Source of the DNA: Planctomyces sp.
Lineage (GTDB): Bacteria; Planctomycetota; Planctomycetia; Planctomycetales; Planctomycetaceae
Direction of reading: 5' to 3'
Assembly (NCBI GenBank): GCA_002702685.1
Contig: PABD01000210.1
Span: 1,035 to 65,034, forward strand
DNA: 64,000 bases
Shown here piece after piece: positions 40,824 through 52,762 of this stretch. The first letter of the stretch is position 1, and each line of letters begins with the position of its first letter. The translations under genes were made by a program, and so were the position numbers. Below the pieces are notes generated by a model. It saw nothing but the letters and a program-made list of their open reading frames with translations. It did no database searches and was not told where the DNA came from.

Positions 40824-41507
40824 GTGCGGATTTGTCTGTTTGATATCGATGGAACCCTGCTGCTCAGCGGCCGCGCCGGACAGAAGGCGATCGAAGCGGT
40901 TCTGAGAGACCAGTATCAGTTGACGACCCCCGTGGAAGGGATCCATACCGCCGGTCGAACCGACATGGCCATACTGTATGACCTTCTGCAATATTATGAC
41001 ATCGAACCGACAATCGATCGATTGCGGGAGTTCCAGAATTATTACCTCGAACAACTTCCCCTGGAACTCGGCCGTGCGCAGGGGGGCGTTCTTCCCGGCG
41101 TGATCGACCGGTTGGAAGAAGTCCATGCCCATCCGGAGGTCGAAGTCGGCCTGCTCACCGGCAATCTTGCCCGCGGCGCACAATTGAAAATCGAACATTA
41201 TCGTTTGCAGCAATACTTTACATTTGGTAGCTATGGAGACCACCATATAAATCGGGACGATGTCGCCCGCGACGCATTCGAGCTGATTCGAGCTCAGTTC
41301 GGGGACGACATTCAGCCGGACCAGATCTGGATCATCGGGGATACTCCCTCCGATGTCCTCTGTGCCCGCGCTATCCATGCCAGGTCGCTCGCCGTGGCAA
41401 CGGGTATCTATTCCCGGGAAGAATTGGCCGAGTCCCAGCCGGATGTTCTTCTCAACGATTTGACAGAGATTCGTTTGCACCAGCTTCTATTCGACAGCGA
41501 CAGTTGA
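40824..41507 (+). CDS. HAD-family hydrolase
   Basis: FDIDGTLL, LLTGN, IIGDTPSD. Confidence 0.92.
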   Translation: MRICLFDIDGTLLLSGRAGQKAIEAVLRDQYQLTTPVEGIHTAGRTDMAILYDLLQYYDIEPTIDRLREFQNYYLEQLPLELGRAQGGVLPGVIDRLEEVHAHPEVEVGLLTGNLARGAQLKIEHYRLQQYFTFGSYGDHHINRDDVARDAFELIRAQFGDDIQPDQIWIIGDTPSDVLCARAIHARSLAVATGIYSREELAESQPDVLLNDLTEIRLHQLLFDSDS

Positions 41508-41698
41508 TTCTCCCACTCCGTTCCCATCTTCCGTCACGTCTTTCCGCTCGATTCTCGCGTTCGCATATCAAACCACGCATCCAGAAAACAAACTTGAACT
41601 GAATCAACCAGACTGAAGAATCCCTACTGCATGCCGATAAGCGTGCGCTTGAGCGCGCGAGTTTTCCGACCGGCAGCCATACAGGATCAGAGGCGGTA

Positions 41699-42718
41699 AT
41701 GAGTCTCAAATGGATCGGCGAATACGAAGTTCTCGAAACGATCGGTATCGGTACCGTCGGCACCATCTACAAGGCGGTCAAGACCGGTGCGACGCAGCCG
41801 GTTGCAATTAAGCTGCTGCTCCCCTCTGTCTCCGAAAACGAATTGATCTACCGCCGCTTCGAACGGGAGATCGAGATCCTCGAAAGGCTCAACCATCCGA
41901 ATATCGTACGGTACTACGGCAGTGGCAAATGGGAAAACCAGCTGTACTACGTGATGGAACTGGTGGAAGGGGCTTCGCTGCGGGAAGTCCTCAACCGCAA
42001 GGGACGCATCCGCTGGCAGGAAACAGTCGAAATCGGCTGGCAGGTCTGCTCCGCGCTCCAGCACGCGCACAACCATGGTATTATTCATCGCGACTTGAAA
42101 CCGGCGAACCTGTTCCTGTCCAAGGATGGACGGGTCAAATTGGGCGATTTCGGCACCGCCCTCGATACCGCCGCCGTCAACCTGACCGAAATGGGACTGA
42201 CGGTCGGCACCTACTATTACATGGCCCCGGAGCAGATCCGGGCGGAACGGAGAATCTCCGGGCAGACCGACCTGTATTCACTGGGTTGTGTGCTCTATGA
42301 GATGCTGACCGGCCAACCCCCGTTCCGTGGCGAGAACTCGGCCCAGATTTTCGATCAGCATCTGAACATTCCCCCCTTCCCGATTCGTCAGCATTCGCCG
42401 AGTTGTCCCGAAACCCTCGAGCGGGTCGTCATGCAGATGCTGGAGAAGAATCCCGACAACCGGCCCTTCAATGCCCGGAGCGCTCAAGGGGCGCTGGCGG
42501 AGGCGCTCGTCGAGTGGGATGAGCACGAGCTCGAAAAGATGGAGGCCCAGCATGCTTCCGCTGTGGAACTTCCGGAGCAGGACCAGCCCATTCTCAAGAA
42601 ACTGCTTCTCTCGACCCACCACGAAATCACGTCCGAGGACATCTCGTGGGGAAAACTCTCGCTGCTGGCGATTGTGCTGATCGCGATTATTTCGCTAGTC
42701 ACTTGGCTCGCCGACTGA
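41699..42718 (+). CDS. Hanks-type Ser/Thr protein kinase with a C-terminal TM
   Basis: GIGTVGTIY, VAIK, HRDLKPAN, DFG, YMAPEQ, DLYSLG. Confidence 0.95.
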   Translation: MSLKWIGEYEVLETIGIGTVGTIYKAVKTGATQPVAIKLLLPSVSENELIYRRFEREIEILERLNHPNIVRYYGSGKWENQLYYVMELVEGASLREVLNRKGRIRWQETVEIGWQVCSALQHAHNHGIIHRDLKPANLFLSKDGRVKLGDFGTALDTAAVNLTEMGLTVGTYYYMAPEQIRAERRISGQTDLYSLGCVLYEMLTGQPPFRGENSAQIFDQHLNIPPFPIRQHSPSCPETLERVVMQMLEKNPDNRPFNARSAQGALAEALVEWDEHELEKMEAQHASAVELPEQDQPILKKLLLSTHHEITSEDISWGKLSLLAIVLIAIISLVTWLAD

Positions 42719-43031
42719 ATTCCTGCCTTGTCGCCATCCCTGAATTTTGAAATAACTATGTGACAATGTTAGCGGCGATCCGCTAGACTCAGCAGAAGCC
42801 CGCTTCTCACTCAATAGCGGTGAACTTTTGTTTTCAGTTTGGCCGAAGTGAAGTGCGCTCCCCGCGAACTGCAGGGCGGTTGAGTTCCTGCCTACGATGC
42901 GGTTCGGGAATTACTCGCCATTTTCTACGGACGCATTAAATAGATCGTCGTCCCCCGGTGGCTCGATTCCAATCTTTCGAATCTCCCGCCGGGATCAGCC
43001 TGTGTAACACGAGAAAGTAGTCGAAGTAACA

Positions 43032-44375
43032 ATGCACAGTAGCACGGAGCAACGCTGGCTTTACTGGTTGATCAGTCCGGTGGCGTGGGCGAGTTTCTCG
43101 ATCACGATTTTCATAATCTCTTTCTTTTTTCCCCCGTTCACCTTCGAGCGGTACATCCACGAGCCCTACCACGGATTCCTGAACTGGTGGTCCGCTCTCT
43201 ATACCACGCTCTGCCTGGTCGCCTGTGTTTTCGGCTGGTGGTTCTTTACCAGAGTCGCGCCCCCCGTCCGTTACGAACCGCGAAACCAGTTCGAAGCGTA
43301 TTCCCCCGTGACGCTCGTCGATCTGGGGGTCGGCATGGTCCTGTTCATGGCCAACCTCGCCTTCACCTATGGGATCTGGAAGGAAGGGGCATTCCAGCAG
43401 CTTGCCAATATTGGTCAGAGTTCGGAAGAGGCCGCGGCATTCTTCGAGGAAGTCATAGCGACCGCTGACGAGAAAGGGCTGGGAAGCCTGCTGCAACTGT
43501 CGGGCCTCATCATTCCGTGGTTTTATTGGCTCCGTATTCAGGCGATTCAGTCTGGCTCCGGCACGGACCGCCTCGTAGCAAGTGGCTTGTTTTGTGCTGT
43601 ATTCGTTTCCTATCTTTTCCCGCTGATGTTGCTCGGAAAGCGAAACTCGGTTCTTATCCCCTGCTTCGGTATTTTCCTGGTCTGGTTTATGTCTCGTGTG
43701 AAATACGGCAAGGTAAACCCGGTCAAGTTCGCGTTGATCCTGATAGTGTTCGGCGTGAGTGTCTTCGCAATGTTCTTCATGGTGGAGGTTATCCGTAACG
43801 GCATTCTGGCAGGTGAAAAAGACTTGAGCGAGCTGTGGACGCGCGTCATCGGTTATATGATTGCCCCCTACAATCAACAGGGGGCGATGATCATGGGGGA
43901 CCTGGAATTCCCGGGAGGGGGGAAAGGCTACTACTGGACGTTATGGTTCTGGAAGATACCGGTCCTGCAGCACTTCATGGACGCGGAAGCCATCCTCGGC
44001 ACAGTTCCTCCTTATGGCGTCTACGAACGCTGCGATGTACTGGAGGCGAACGGCTTTATTCCGCATTTTACCGCCCTTTCCATCTTTGCGAATTCTTTTG
44101 TCGACTTCGGCTGGTTCGGGATCGCGCCTTTCCTTGCTTATGGATTTGTCGGGGCATTCACCTGGAAGCGATTTCGCGAGGGGACGGTCGATGGCATCGT
44201 GCTCTATACGATGTTTGCCTATTCCGTGCTCGAATGGAGGGGCAACCTGCTCTTTCCCCCTCCCTACTTCGGCGTCGCCCTGATCGTGCTGACGGCCCTC
44301 GGAATGGGACGCTGGATACTGCGCACGGCGCGATTCAACCATAAGAGGATGTACAGTTCCGCCGCCCGGAACTAA
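43032..44375 (+). CDS. O-antigen/polysaccharide polymerase (Wzy)-like membrane protein
   Basis: About 10-11 TM helices, LLGKRN, IGYM, FANSFVDFGWFG (typical Wzy 'DFG' segment). Confidence 0.65.
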   Translation: MHSSTEQRWLYWLISPVAWASFSITIFIISFFFPPFTFERYIHEPYHGFLNWWSALYTTLCLVACVFGWWFFTRVAPPVRYEPRNQFEAYSPVTLVDLGVGMVLFMANLAFTYGIWKEGAFQQLANIGQSSEEAAAFFEEVIATADEKGLGSLLQLSGLIIPWFYWLRIQAIQSGSGTDRLVASGLFCAVFVSYLFPLMLLGKRNSVLIPCFGIFLVWFMSRVKYGKVNPVKFALILIVFGVSVFAMFFMVEVIRNGILAGEKDLSELWTRVIGYMIAPYNQQGAMIMGDLEFPGGGKGYYWTLWFWKIPVLQHFMDAEAILGTVPPYGVYERCDVLEANGFIPHFTALSIFANSFVDFGWFGIAPFLAYGFVGAFTWKRFREGTVDGIVLYTMFAYSVLEWRGNLLFPPPYFGVALIVLTALGMGRWILRTARFNHKRMYSSAARN

Positions 44376-44402
44376 AGCGCTCACTGCAGCTGGTGCGTTG
44401 GA

Positions 44403-44963
44403 TCAACGGCCCAGGTCCGGCGCTTCACTCCGCGCCAGCGAAATCAGCATTACATCTGGCAGTTGTTCGACGCCGAGTTGTCGGAACATATTCAGCGCCT
44501 GCGCGGTGGTGTATTGCGCGTGCGTGCAGAGATGCAGCAGGATGTCGGAACGTAGAGTTCCAAACGCCTTCCCCGCCCCCGAACTGGTGCTGACCTTGCG
44601 AACGATCTCGCTGAGCGATGTATCCGTCAAACCGGTGAGGTAATTTCGCCAACGCTCGTCAAGCCGCCTCCAACGATTGCAGAGCTCGACAAAGTTGTCG
44701 ATCTTTCCTTCGCCCGATTGATTGCCGGGAAGCTTACCGGCAATGTCTCCCGGAAAGAGCGGGCTGGGATCGCCGAGCAGCGTCTCCAGCCAGACATATT
44801 CCGCCGCCTGCAGATGGACCAGCGTATTCCAGACGGAACCTTGGCCGATGGAGAATGGTTGACGCAGTTGCGACTCGGAGAGATGGCTCGCCGTTTCCAG
44901 CAGGTTGGCGTTCACCCACATCCGGTGTTCATGCAGTCGGCGAATCAGATCTACACTCTGCAT
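44403..44963 (-). CDS. DinB family protein
   Basis: WVNANLL, GSVWNTLVHLQAAEYVW, LLHLCTHAQYTTAQ. Confidence 0.88.
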   Translation of the reverse strand: MQSVDLIRRLHEHRMWVNANLLETASHLSESQLRQPFSIGQGSVWNTLVHLQAAEYVWLETLLGDPSPLFPGDIAGKLPGNQSGEGKIDNFVELCNRWRRLDERWRNYLTGLTDTSLSEIVRKVSTSSGAGKAFGTLRSDILLHLCTHAQYTTAQALNMFRQLGVEQLPDVMLISLARSEAPDLGR

Positions 44964-44984
44964 GATGGAACCTCATGAGTCTGA

Positions 44985-45995
<1,011 letters not shown>

Positions 45996-46132
45996 TCAAA
46001 TTTAATGGTTCAGGAACTACAGACTCATCCGGCTGAGGGCCGGGCGGGAGATTATATACGACAATCTCACTGAAATGAGAGTCCCCGACCCCGCAATTTG
46101 TTCGCGATAGTCCCGAGTAGCCCTGAAAAGGC

Positions 46133-46519
46133 CTATTCCTGAGCTTCCTGCAATCGATCGTTGATGATGGTCAGCATGGCTGGGTGCAACCCCAGCGGTT
46201 CACAGACATGGAATGAGGCGTGCGGGTATTCCTCACTGAACTGGCGGCAGAATTCCGTGAGGTCATCGGCGACGTGCCGACCCGACGACAAAAACCAGGG
46301 CATCATCAGGACCTGTACCGCCCCCTGCTCCACGCAGGCCGCCGCTCCCTGAGGAATGGAAGGCTCCGCAAGTTCCAGAAATGCGTATTGAACAATCGGG
46401 TACGTTCCCTGATTCCGGAGCTGTGTCGCCAGCTCAATAAGATCAGCGTTCGCCTCCTGTCGGCGAGAGCCGTGGGCAATCAGGAGAACTGCGGTAGGGT
46501 TCGAGAATGGATCGGGCAT
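46133..46519 (-). CDS. Single-domain CbiX/SirB-type sirohydrochlorin chelatase
   Basis: LIAHGSR, AFLELAEPSI, PWFLSSGRHV, EPLGLHP. Confidence 0.88.
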   Translation of the reverse strand: MPDPFSNPTAVLLIAHGSRRQEANADLIELATQLRNQGTYPIVQYAFLELAEPSIPQGAAACVEQGAVQVLMMPWFLSSGRHVADDLTEFCRQFSEEYPHASFHVCEPLGLHPAMLTIINDRLQEAQE

Positions 46520-46748
46520 TTGCTGATGACTTCTGATAAACTGTGAAACGATTGAAAGGACCCTTCCGGCGATCCGTCTTCGATCCTTCAACGGTAACTG
46601 TAGACAGTCGCCCGCCGCGGAGCAAATCGACATTCGTCACCCGGACCTCCGAACGGAGCAAACTTTCATATCTCCCATTGAGATTCCGGACAGAAACACT
46701 CGTCCCTGTATCTTCCCGCCGTTTTCCTGTTAATAGTGCGCTGCCATT

Positions 46749-48341
46749 ATGGAAATCGAAAAAGTCGGTCCATACGTGATTGAAAGCAAACTCGGTTCCG
46801 GGGGTATGGGAACTGTGTACAAGGGACGCCACGAGGAAACCGGTGTTCTCGCCGCTGTTAAAGTGCTGTCTCCCAGCCTTTCGCGCGAAGAAGGTTTCGT
46901 CGCCCGTTTTTCCCGCGAGGTGGAATCTCTTCGTAAGTTGTCGAACCCGCATGTGGTCGAATTTTACGAGAGCAATGTCGACGGTGATCTCTATTATTTC
47001 GCGATGGAATATGTCGAGGGAGAAACGCTCACCCAGCTGTTACGCCGCGACAAACGCATTCCCTGGCGGGAAGTCATCGATATTTCAACCCAAATCTGCA
47101 TGGCGCTCAAGTCGGCTCACGACGCCGGTGTCATTCACCGGGACCTCAAACCCTCGAACCTGATGATCACGCAGGACGGACAGGTCAAACTGACGGACTT
47201 CGGTGTGGCCCAGGTCTTCGCCTCGGCCAAACTCACGGTAACGGGCGGGATCATCGGGACGGCAGAGTACATGTCACCCGAACAGGCTCAGGGGCGACGG
47301 GTGACCAAGAAAAGCGACCTGTACTCCCTCGGCGCGGTGATGTACGTCATGCTGACCGGTCGTCCTCCATTTCGCGGAAAGACGATTCTCGAAGTCATTC
47401 AGAAACACAAATACGGCCAGTTCGATCATGCCCGCACATACGTACCGGAGATTCCGTACTGGCTCGACGACCTCGTCTGCCAGCTGCTCGAGAAAGACCC
47501 GGAGAAGCGAGTCCCCGACGCGTACGTGCTCTCGCGTCGTCTGCAGGAAATCATCAAAAAGGTCGAACTCTCCCAATCGGAGATGACGATGTCGATCGAT
47601 CCCGATTCGGAAGAGGGAGCGGCGACAACGGTGGCGATCGATCCCGAAAAGCAGGCCGAGTTCGCCGCTCGGGAAACCGAAGCCTCTGCTTCTACAGGCC
47701 GATCCGTGCACTTCCCGCAGGAATCGGGAGGGACGCTGATGCGCGAGATGATGCGGGCCGAAATCGAACAGGCTACGCAGAAATCGCCAATCAGTCAGTT
47801 CTTCGACAACATCTGGGTGCTGATCGCCCTTCTCATTTGTGTGATGTTTGGCTTTTACATCTGGTTCAGCACACCGTCCACTCCCGCCACGGCCGTGACG
47901 GATTACGAAACAGACGAATCGACCGACGACGGAAACCTGACCGAGCGATTGAGGTTCGTCGAGGTCGACTGGCGACGCTCCATGAAGCGGGGGGAAGCCG
48001 AGCGGCTCTATGCTCGGGGCGTCGAACAGTTCGCCGAGGGGCAGGCAACGGCGGCTTACGACACTTTCACGGCGCTGCTGACGCTGATCGATTCCTCGGG
48101 GGACTACCCGGAACTGGCTGAGAAGGTCAAAGAGAAGATCGCCGATATCGAAGGAGCCGATGACAGCTTTTTCGATGGTTATTTCACGCAGGCCCAAACT
48201 CTGCTGGAGGAGGGCGAATTGGCGGAGGCTCAAAAGTTGATCTCGAGCCTCAATACGCTCTATGGCAATGATGCCCGCGTCCGCAAGCTGATCGAGCAAT
48301 ACAACACGGCGGTTCAATCACGGCAGAATGGAACCCCTTAG
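46749..48341 (+). CDS. Hanks-type Ser/Thr kinase with TM and extracytoplasmic TPR-like helices
   Basis: [26 protein letters not shown]; [21 protein letters not shown]; AERLYARG. Confidence 0.95.
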   Translation: MEIEKVGPYVIESKLGSGGMGTVYKGRHEETGVLAAVKVLSPSLSREEGFVARFSREVESLRKLSNPHVVEFYESNVDGDLYYFAMEYVEGETLTQLLRRDKRIPWREVIDISTQICMALKSAHDAGVIHRDLKPSNLMITQDGQVKLTDFGVAQVFASAKLTVTGGIIGTAEYMSPEQAQGRRVTKKSDLYSLGAVMYVMLTGRPPFRGKTILEVIQKHKYGQFDHARTYVPEIPYWLDDLVCQLLEKDPEKRVPDAYVLSRRLQEIIKKVELSQSEMTMSIDPDSEEGAATTVAIDPEKQAEFAARETEASASTGRSVHFPQESGGTLMREMMRAEIEQATQKSPISQFFDNIWVLIALLICVMFGFYIWFSTPSTPATAVTDYETDESTDDGNLTERLRFVEVDWRRSMKRGEAERLYARGVEQFAEGQATAAYDTFTALLTLIDSSGDYPELAEKVKEKIADIEGADDSFFDGYFTQAQTLLEEGELAEAQKLISSLNTLYGNDARVRKLIEQYNTAVQSRQNGTP

Positions 48342-48350
48342 GTTGGGCAT

Positions 48351-49619
48351 TTATTCGGCGGAGACTTTCTCCGGAACGTCGAGCTGAACGAGCGAAGGGG
48401 CCGCGGTCTCGCTGTGGTCGTAGCCGTCGTAGACGCCGAAATCGTTGTACCAATAGCGCTTCGCGATCCGGTACATCCAGTTCTTCTCGGGAACCTGGTG
48501 CTCTGGATTGTACTGGGACGTCCGTACCTGCATCGCTTCCAGTTCAGCAAGTGCGGTCTGCCGCGCGGTCCCATCGGCGACATTCTCTTTTTCCATCAGT
48601 TGCTTCAAGAGGTCGGGACGCTCAAGCACGATGCAACCGCGCGTTGTCGAACGGGCCAGCTGACGGAACTCTTTGAGGTAGTTCGACCCCAGGAATTTTT
48701 CCTTGAGCGTTTTGCTCTCGTCGTGAATATTCTCCTTCGAAAACTGCACGATCGGGCAGGGCTCAATGCCACCCCATGGGCTGATGTGGTGCGAAATGCC
48801 GGTGGCGGCGGGACAGACGGCGCGACCTTCTCCATCGTAGTATGCATCAATAATGATGATCGGTTTCTTCGCCCGCATCTCGACGACGAACTTGCGCGCT
48901 TCATACTGCTGCTCTGCAGTCAGCGCCAGCTCGGGGCACCCTTCCGGGCCCATCGGCCGATAGACATGGAACCAGGTATACATCACTCCCATTTCAATCA
49001 AACGATCAATCCAGCTTTCCTGCAGCAGGTCCTTGTAGTTCGTCTGGCAGAGTGACGTACAGACGCCGGTGAAGATTTTATTGTTGAGACAGTTATGAAT
49101 CCCTTCCATCGTCTTGTTGAGAACGCCCGAACGCCCGCGCCGCTGGTCACTGACGATTTCGTTCCCTTCGACGGAAATCAGCGGGGTCACATTGCCGAGT
49201 TCGCGCAGCCGTTTTGCTTTTTCATCGGTGATGAACTGGCCGTTCGTGAAGACCTGGAAATAGCAGTCGGGATGCGCGGCGAGGATGTCGAGAAGTTCGG
49301 GATGCATGAACGGTTCGCCACCGACGATACCGAAGAAGGAGTTTCCCATCTCCTTGGCTTCGCCGATCAGTTTGTTCATCGCCTCGAGGTCAATGCGGGA
49401 CTGTTTCGCGGCGACGTCGACCCAGCAACCCTGGCAACGCAGGTTGCAGCTGTTGATGATTGAGATGTAGAGAAAGGGGGGGAAGACATCCCCTTGCTTC
49501 AGTCGCTTCTTGAATTTCTGAACCGACCGCATCCCTTTCCAGCCCATGTTGTAGCCGAGCTTCCAGAGAGCGCGCTTATCGACTCGGGTCAGAAACCGGT
49601 TGGCCATTCGCAGATACAT
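48351..49619 (-). CDS. Radical SAM/SPASM-like protein
   Basis: CNLRCQGC (CxxxCxxC), GGEPF, FTNG, C-terminal CPA...GGIEPCP...C. Confidence 0.92.
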   Translation of the reverse strand: MYLRMANRFLTRVDKRALWKLGYNMGWKGMRSVQKFKKRLKQGDVFPPFLYISIINSCNLRCQGCWVDVAAKQSRIDLEAMNKLIGEAKEMGNSFFGIVGGEPFMHPELLDILAAHPDCYFQVFTNGQFITDEKAKRLRELGNVTPLISVEGNEIVSDQRRGRSGVLNKTMEGIHNCLNNKIFTGVCTSLCQTNYKDLLQESWIDRLIEMGVMYTWFHVYRPMGPEGCPELALTAEQQYEARKFVVEMRAKKPIIIIDAYYDGEGRAVCPAATGISHHISPWGGIEPCPIVQFSKENIHDESKTLKEKFLGSNYLKEFRQLARSTTRGCIVLERPDLLKQLMEKENVADGTARQTALAELEAMQVRTSQYNPEHQVPEKNWMYRIAKRYWYNDFGVYDGYDHSETAAPSLVQLDVPEKVSAE

Positions 49620-49834
49620 GATGAGGGGCGTCCGTAATGAATTCAGGCGACGTCGGAGAAGCAGGCCCTTCGCGCGGGCGCGGAAAACTATCCGCTATCT
49701 TATCCCCCCTCCTCCCATCGAGGCAACCACCTCTCTGGAAACGGCAGGGGAAACAGGCGAAAGCCCGTTGCGGAATCGGTGCGATGGTTCGTTTCCGCAG
49801 GGATGTCCCGACAGAAGGTTTCTATAGATTTCTA

Positions 49835-51211
49835 TCAGAAAAGTTGTGCAATCGGTGTCCCCGCCGGCACCAGCGGGGTCGGACGACCGGCGAAGTCGGT
49901 GACATGTGTTTCGAACGGCACACCCATTGCCCGGTACATCGTCGCCAGGAAGTCGTTGGGTGTACACGGGTCACTGGTGACCTCGTCCCCTTTCTTGTTC
50001 GTCGAACCGACGACCTGTCCCATATTCAGTCCACCCCCGGAGAGCAGCAGCGACATCGTCTTGCCCCAGTGCTCGCGGCCCGGTTGTCCCTTGAAATTAC
50101 TGAGACGCGGCGTATGCGACATCTCGCCCATCACGAGGAACAGCACGTCGTCCTGCAGACCGCGTTCGTAGAGATCGGAAATGAGTGCCGAACTGACTTG
50201 ATCGAGGACCGGCAACCGCTGTTTCATTTCTTCGAAGATATTCCAGACGGAAGCATGGTCGTCCCAGCTCCTCGCTTTCTGACCGGGAACGTACGGGAAG
50301 TCGATGGTGACGAGACGCACACCGGCTTCCACGAGCCGCCGAGCCAGCAGGCACCGCTGGCCGACCGTGTGTCGACCGTAGCGATCGCGAACCTCGTCCG
50401 ACTCCTCATCGATTTTGAAAGCCTTCTCCGCCCGGCCACTGGTGAGCATGGCGAGCGCTTTCCGTTCGAATTGATCCATGGTCTCCATCGACGAGCCGGT
50501 GTCGATGTCGCGTCGCAGGCGATCAAATTCTTCTTTGAGCGATATCCGGTTCAGCGCGCGATCGGCAGTAATGCTGTCGAACTTGACGTTCTGGACTTTG
50601 AAGTTTTTCTCATTGGGATCGGACGTCATTGTGAAGGGATCGAGTCCTCCCCCGAGATACGCCGCACCGGGATAGCGCACACGCGGCAGACTCACATGCG
50701 CGGGAACACCGTTTTGCACGGGTCCCTTGAAATGGGAAATCACCGACCACATGTCGGGATGCTCGGGCGCATAGGGAGGCGTCTCTACAAGATTACCGGG
50801 ATAGGCGGTGACCAGCGTGTGAGTACTGTTGACGTGGCCCGGGCTGTCGTGGCTGAGCGAACGAAGCAAAGAAAACTTGTCGGCCAGTTTCGCCAATCGC
50901 GGCAGATGTTCGGAGATTTGAATTCCAGGCACATTGGTGTCGATCGGGAAGAACTCCCCCCGGTATTCAATCGGTGCTTCCGGTTTGAGATCGAAAGTTT
51001 CCATATGACTCGGGCCACCCCAGAGCCAGAGTACGATCATCGATTTATTCTGCGGCAATGAGGAAGCAGATTCTCCGACGGCCGATTGCAGGCGCAACAG
51101 CTGCGGTAACGTCAATCCGCCGAGTGTGGCCGCCCCTGCTTTCAGAAACGAACGGCGTTTGAGCGTGCCGATGCAGCGATCAGAGTTTGTTGGACGATGG
51201 TTGGAAAACAT
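49835..51211 (-). CDS. DUF1501 domain protein
   Basis: Tat-like RRSFLKAG, WLWGGPSHMETFDLKP, CLLARRLVEAGV, WDDH, GREHW. Confidence 0.92.
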   Translation of the reverse strand: MFSNHRPTNSDRCIGTLKRRSFLKAGAATLGGLTLPQLLRLQSAVGESASSLPQNKSMIVLWLWGGPSHMETFDLKPEAPIEYRGEFFPIDTNVPGIQISEHLPRLAKLADKFSLLRSLSHDSPGHVNSTHTLVTAYPGNLVETPPYAPEHPDMWSVISHFKGPVQNGVPAHVSLPRVRYPGAAYLGGGLDPFTMTSDPNEKNFKVQNVKFDSITADRALNRISLKEEFDRLRRDIDTGSSMETMDQFERKALAMLTSGRAEKAFKIDEESDEVRDRYGRHTVGQRCLLARRLVEAGVRLVTIDFPYVPGQKARSWDDHASVWNIFEEMKQRLPVLDQVSSALISDLYERGLQDDVLFLVMGEMSHTPRLSNFKGQPGREHWGKTMSLLLSGGGLNMGQVVGSTNKKGDEVTSDPCTPNDFLATMYRAMGVPFETHVTDFAGRPTPLVPAGTPIAQLF

Positions 51212-51304
51212 ATCGAAGCCTTCCAGGAGCTGGGGGCTCATTGACGACAGCAGCTGGGGCGTCGTCGGCAGGAATACAGGTCGTGAGATTCCCAGAGGAG
51301 CAAT

Positions 51305-51344
51305 TACAGGGGAGCGAATACAGGGGAGCGAATACAGGGGAGCG
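51305..51344. repeat. 14-bp tandem repeat (tacaggggagcgaa), about 2.9 copies
   Basis: Copies start at 51305, 51319 and 51333, upstream of the DUF1501 gene. Confidence 0.9.
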
Positions 51345-51476
51345 GCGAGGCGGGCGCAGCGGACGCGACAGATCAAAGATCGTCGATGTTTCATCAATAT
51401 CGGCTTTTTTTCGACGAATTGCAACGGGAGTTCCTGTTCCGGAAGAGAACCCGGGTGATTCCCGGATCCTCAGCGC

Positions 51477-51530
51477 AAAAAGAAACCGGCCACTGTCCAC
51501 GGGGCAGAAGCCGTTGGACGGTGGCCGGTT
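51477..51530 (-). terminator. Terminator downstream of the fasciclin gene
   Basis: Long stem aaccggccac...gtggccggtt, with TTTCTTTTT following on the minus strand. Confidence 0.7.
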
Positions 51531-51620
51531 GACGCGAAAATAACGGCCGATCGATCACAGGTAAGGGGGTAAGTACCTGACTCAGCAGAGATCAGCCGAC
51601 AGAAGGGTCCAGGCGACCCT

Positions 51621-52535
51621 CTACTTCTCCGGGGGCATCAGAACAGTGTCGATCACATGAATGACGCCGTTCGATGCATCGATATCAGTTGCCACGAGTC
51701 CGGACTTGTTGACCATCGCCCCTGCTCGGTTGGCTTTAATCTTGATGCTGGGACCGAGGAGAGTTTCGGCTTCGCCCAGCTTCACAGCCTGTGATGAATA
51801 GACGCGGCCGCTCACCACGTGATACTTGAGAATGTTGGTCAGCGTTCCCTTATTCTCTGGTTTCAGCAGAGACTCGACTGTTCCTTCCGGAAGTTTCGCG
51901 AAGGCTTCATCGGTCGGAGCGAAGACAGTGAAAGGACCATCTCCCGCGAGAGTTTCTGCAAGGCCAGCTGCTTCAGCTGCCGCCAGCAACGTCTGAAACG
52001 TACCCGCGTTCGCGGCGGTTTCGACGATGTTCGCGTCTGCGGGCAGAATTACCTTGTCGATCACATGAATGATACCATTCGAACATATGATGTCCGCTTT
52101 GATCACGGTCGCATTGTCGATCATCACTTTACTGTCTTCAGTAGCAATATCGACCTGCTGACCATTCACCGTGGTTGCTCCGTTCAATTTAACAACGGTA
52201 GCGGCATCCACTTTTCCGGGTACAACATGGTAGGTAAGGATGCCGGTGAGCATCGCCTTGTTTTCCGGCTTAAGAAGAGTTTCCACAGTTCCTTTCGGAA
52301 GATTGGCGAACGCTTCATCGGTGGGGGCGAAGACAGTGAAAGGACCTTCGCCTTTCAGCGTGTCGACGAGGCCGGCCGCTTCCAGAGCGGCAGCTAACGT
52401 TTTGAATTGCCCTGCCTTGACTGCAGTGGTGACAATATCACTGCTGTTGGCACAAACGGCGGCTTGAGCGGGTAATGCTGAGAGGAAGAGACCTGCGGCA
52501 GCAATGGCGGCGGTCATACTGAGTTTGCGAATCAC
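51621..52535 (-). CDS. Secreted protein with two fasciclin (FAS1) domains
   Basis: [13 protein letters not shown] twice, L(T/K)YHVV twice, SNG(I/V)IHVID twice; GTG start after an AGGAG SD; signal peptide. Confidence 0.93.
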   Translation of the reverse strand: MIRKLSMTAAIAAAGLFLSALPAQAAVCANSSDIVTTAVKAGQFKTLAAALEAAGLVDTLKGEGPFTVFAPTDEAFANLPKGTVETLLKPENKAMLTGILTYHVVPGKVDAATVVKLNGATTVNGQQVDIATEDSKVMIDNATVIKADIICSNGIIHVIDKVILPADANIVETAANAGTFQTLLAAAEAAGLAETLAGDGPFTVFAPTDEAFAKLPEGTVESLLKPENKGTLTNILKYHVVSGRVYSSQAVKLGEAETLLGPSIKIKANRAGAMVNKSGLVATDIDASNGVIHVIDTVLMPPEK

Positions 52536-52762
52536 TTTGAGGCTCCTGAAAGCTTGGTGTAAAACATCCGTAATATTCAGGAAAGCGATGATTGGCCAAT
52601 CTCGTTTTCTTACATGCAATATTTAAAGACATCGCCGAACAACGTGACCACTTGAATTGAGAAAATGTGTGCGATTTTCATTGCAATTTCAAGAAAACGC
52701 GTACTCTGTTCAACTATTGTTGACGAACAGATTCGTTTCACCGGGAGCAGTTTAAAAGCGGC

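Noticed and set aside
41631-41699. 22-codon ORF overlapping the kinase start (TAATG)
   Set aside because: No SD and no compositional signal; chance occurrence is likely
42841-42920. tRNA-like text (GGTTCG...CCA)
   Set aside because: No T-stem or acceptor-stem pairing; no cloverleaf could be built
51305-51344. Possible mini-CRISPR
   Set aside because: Head-to-tail 14-mers with no spacers and no cas genes
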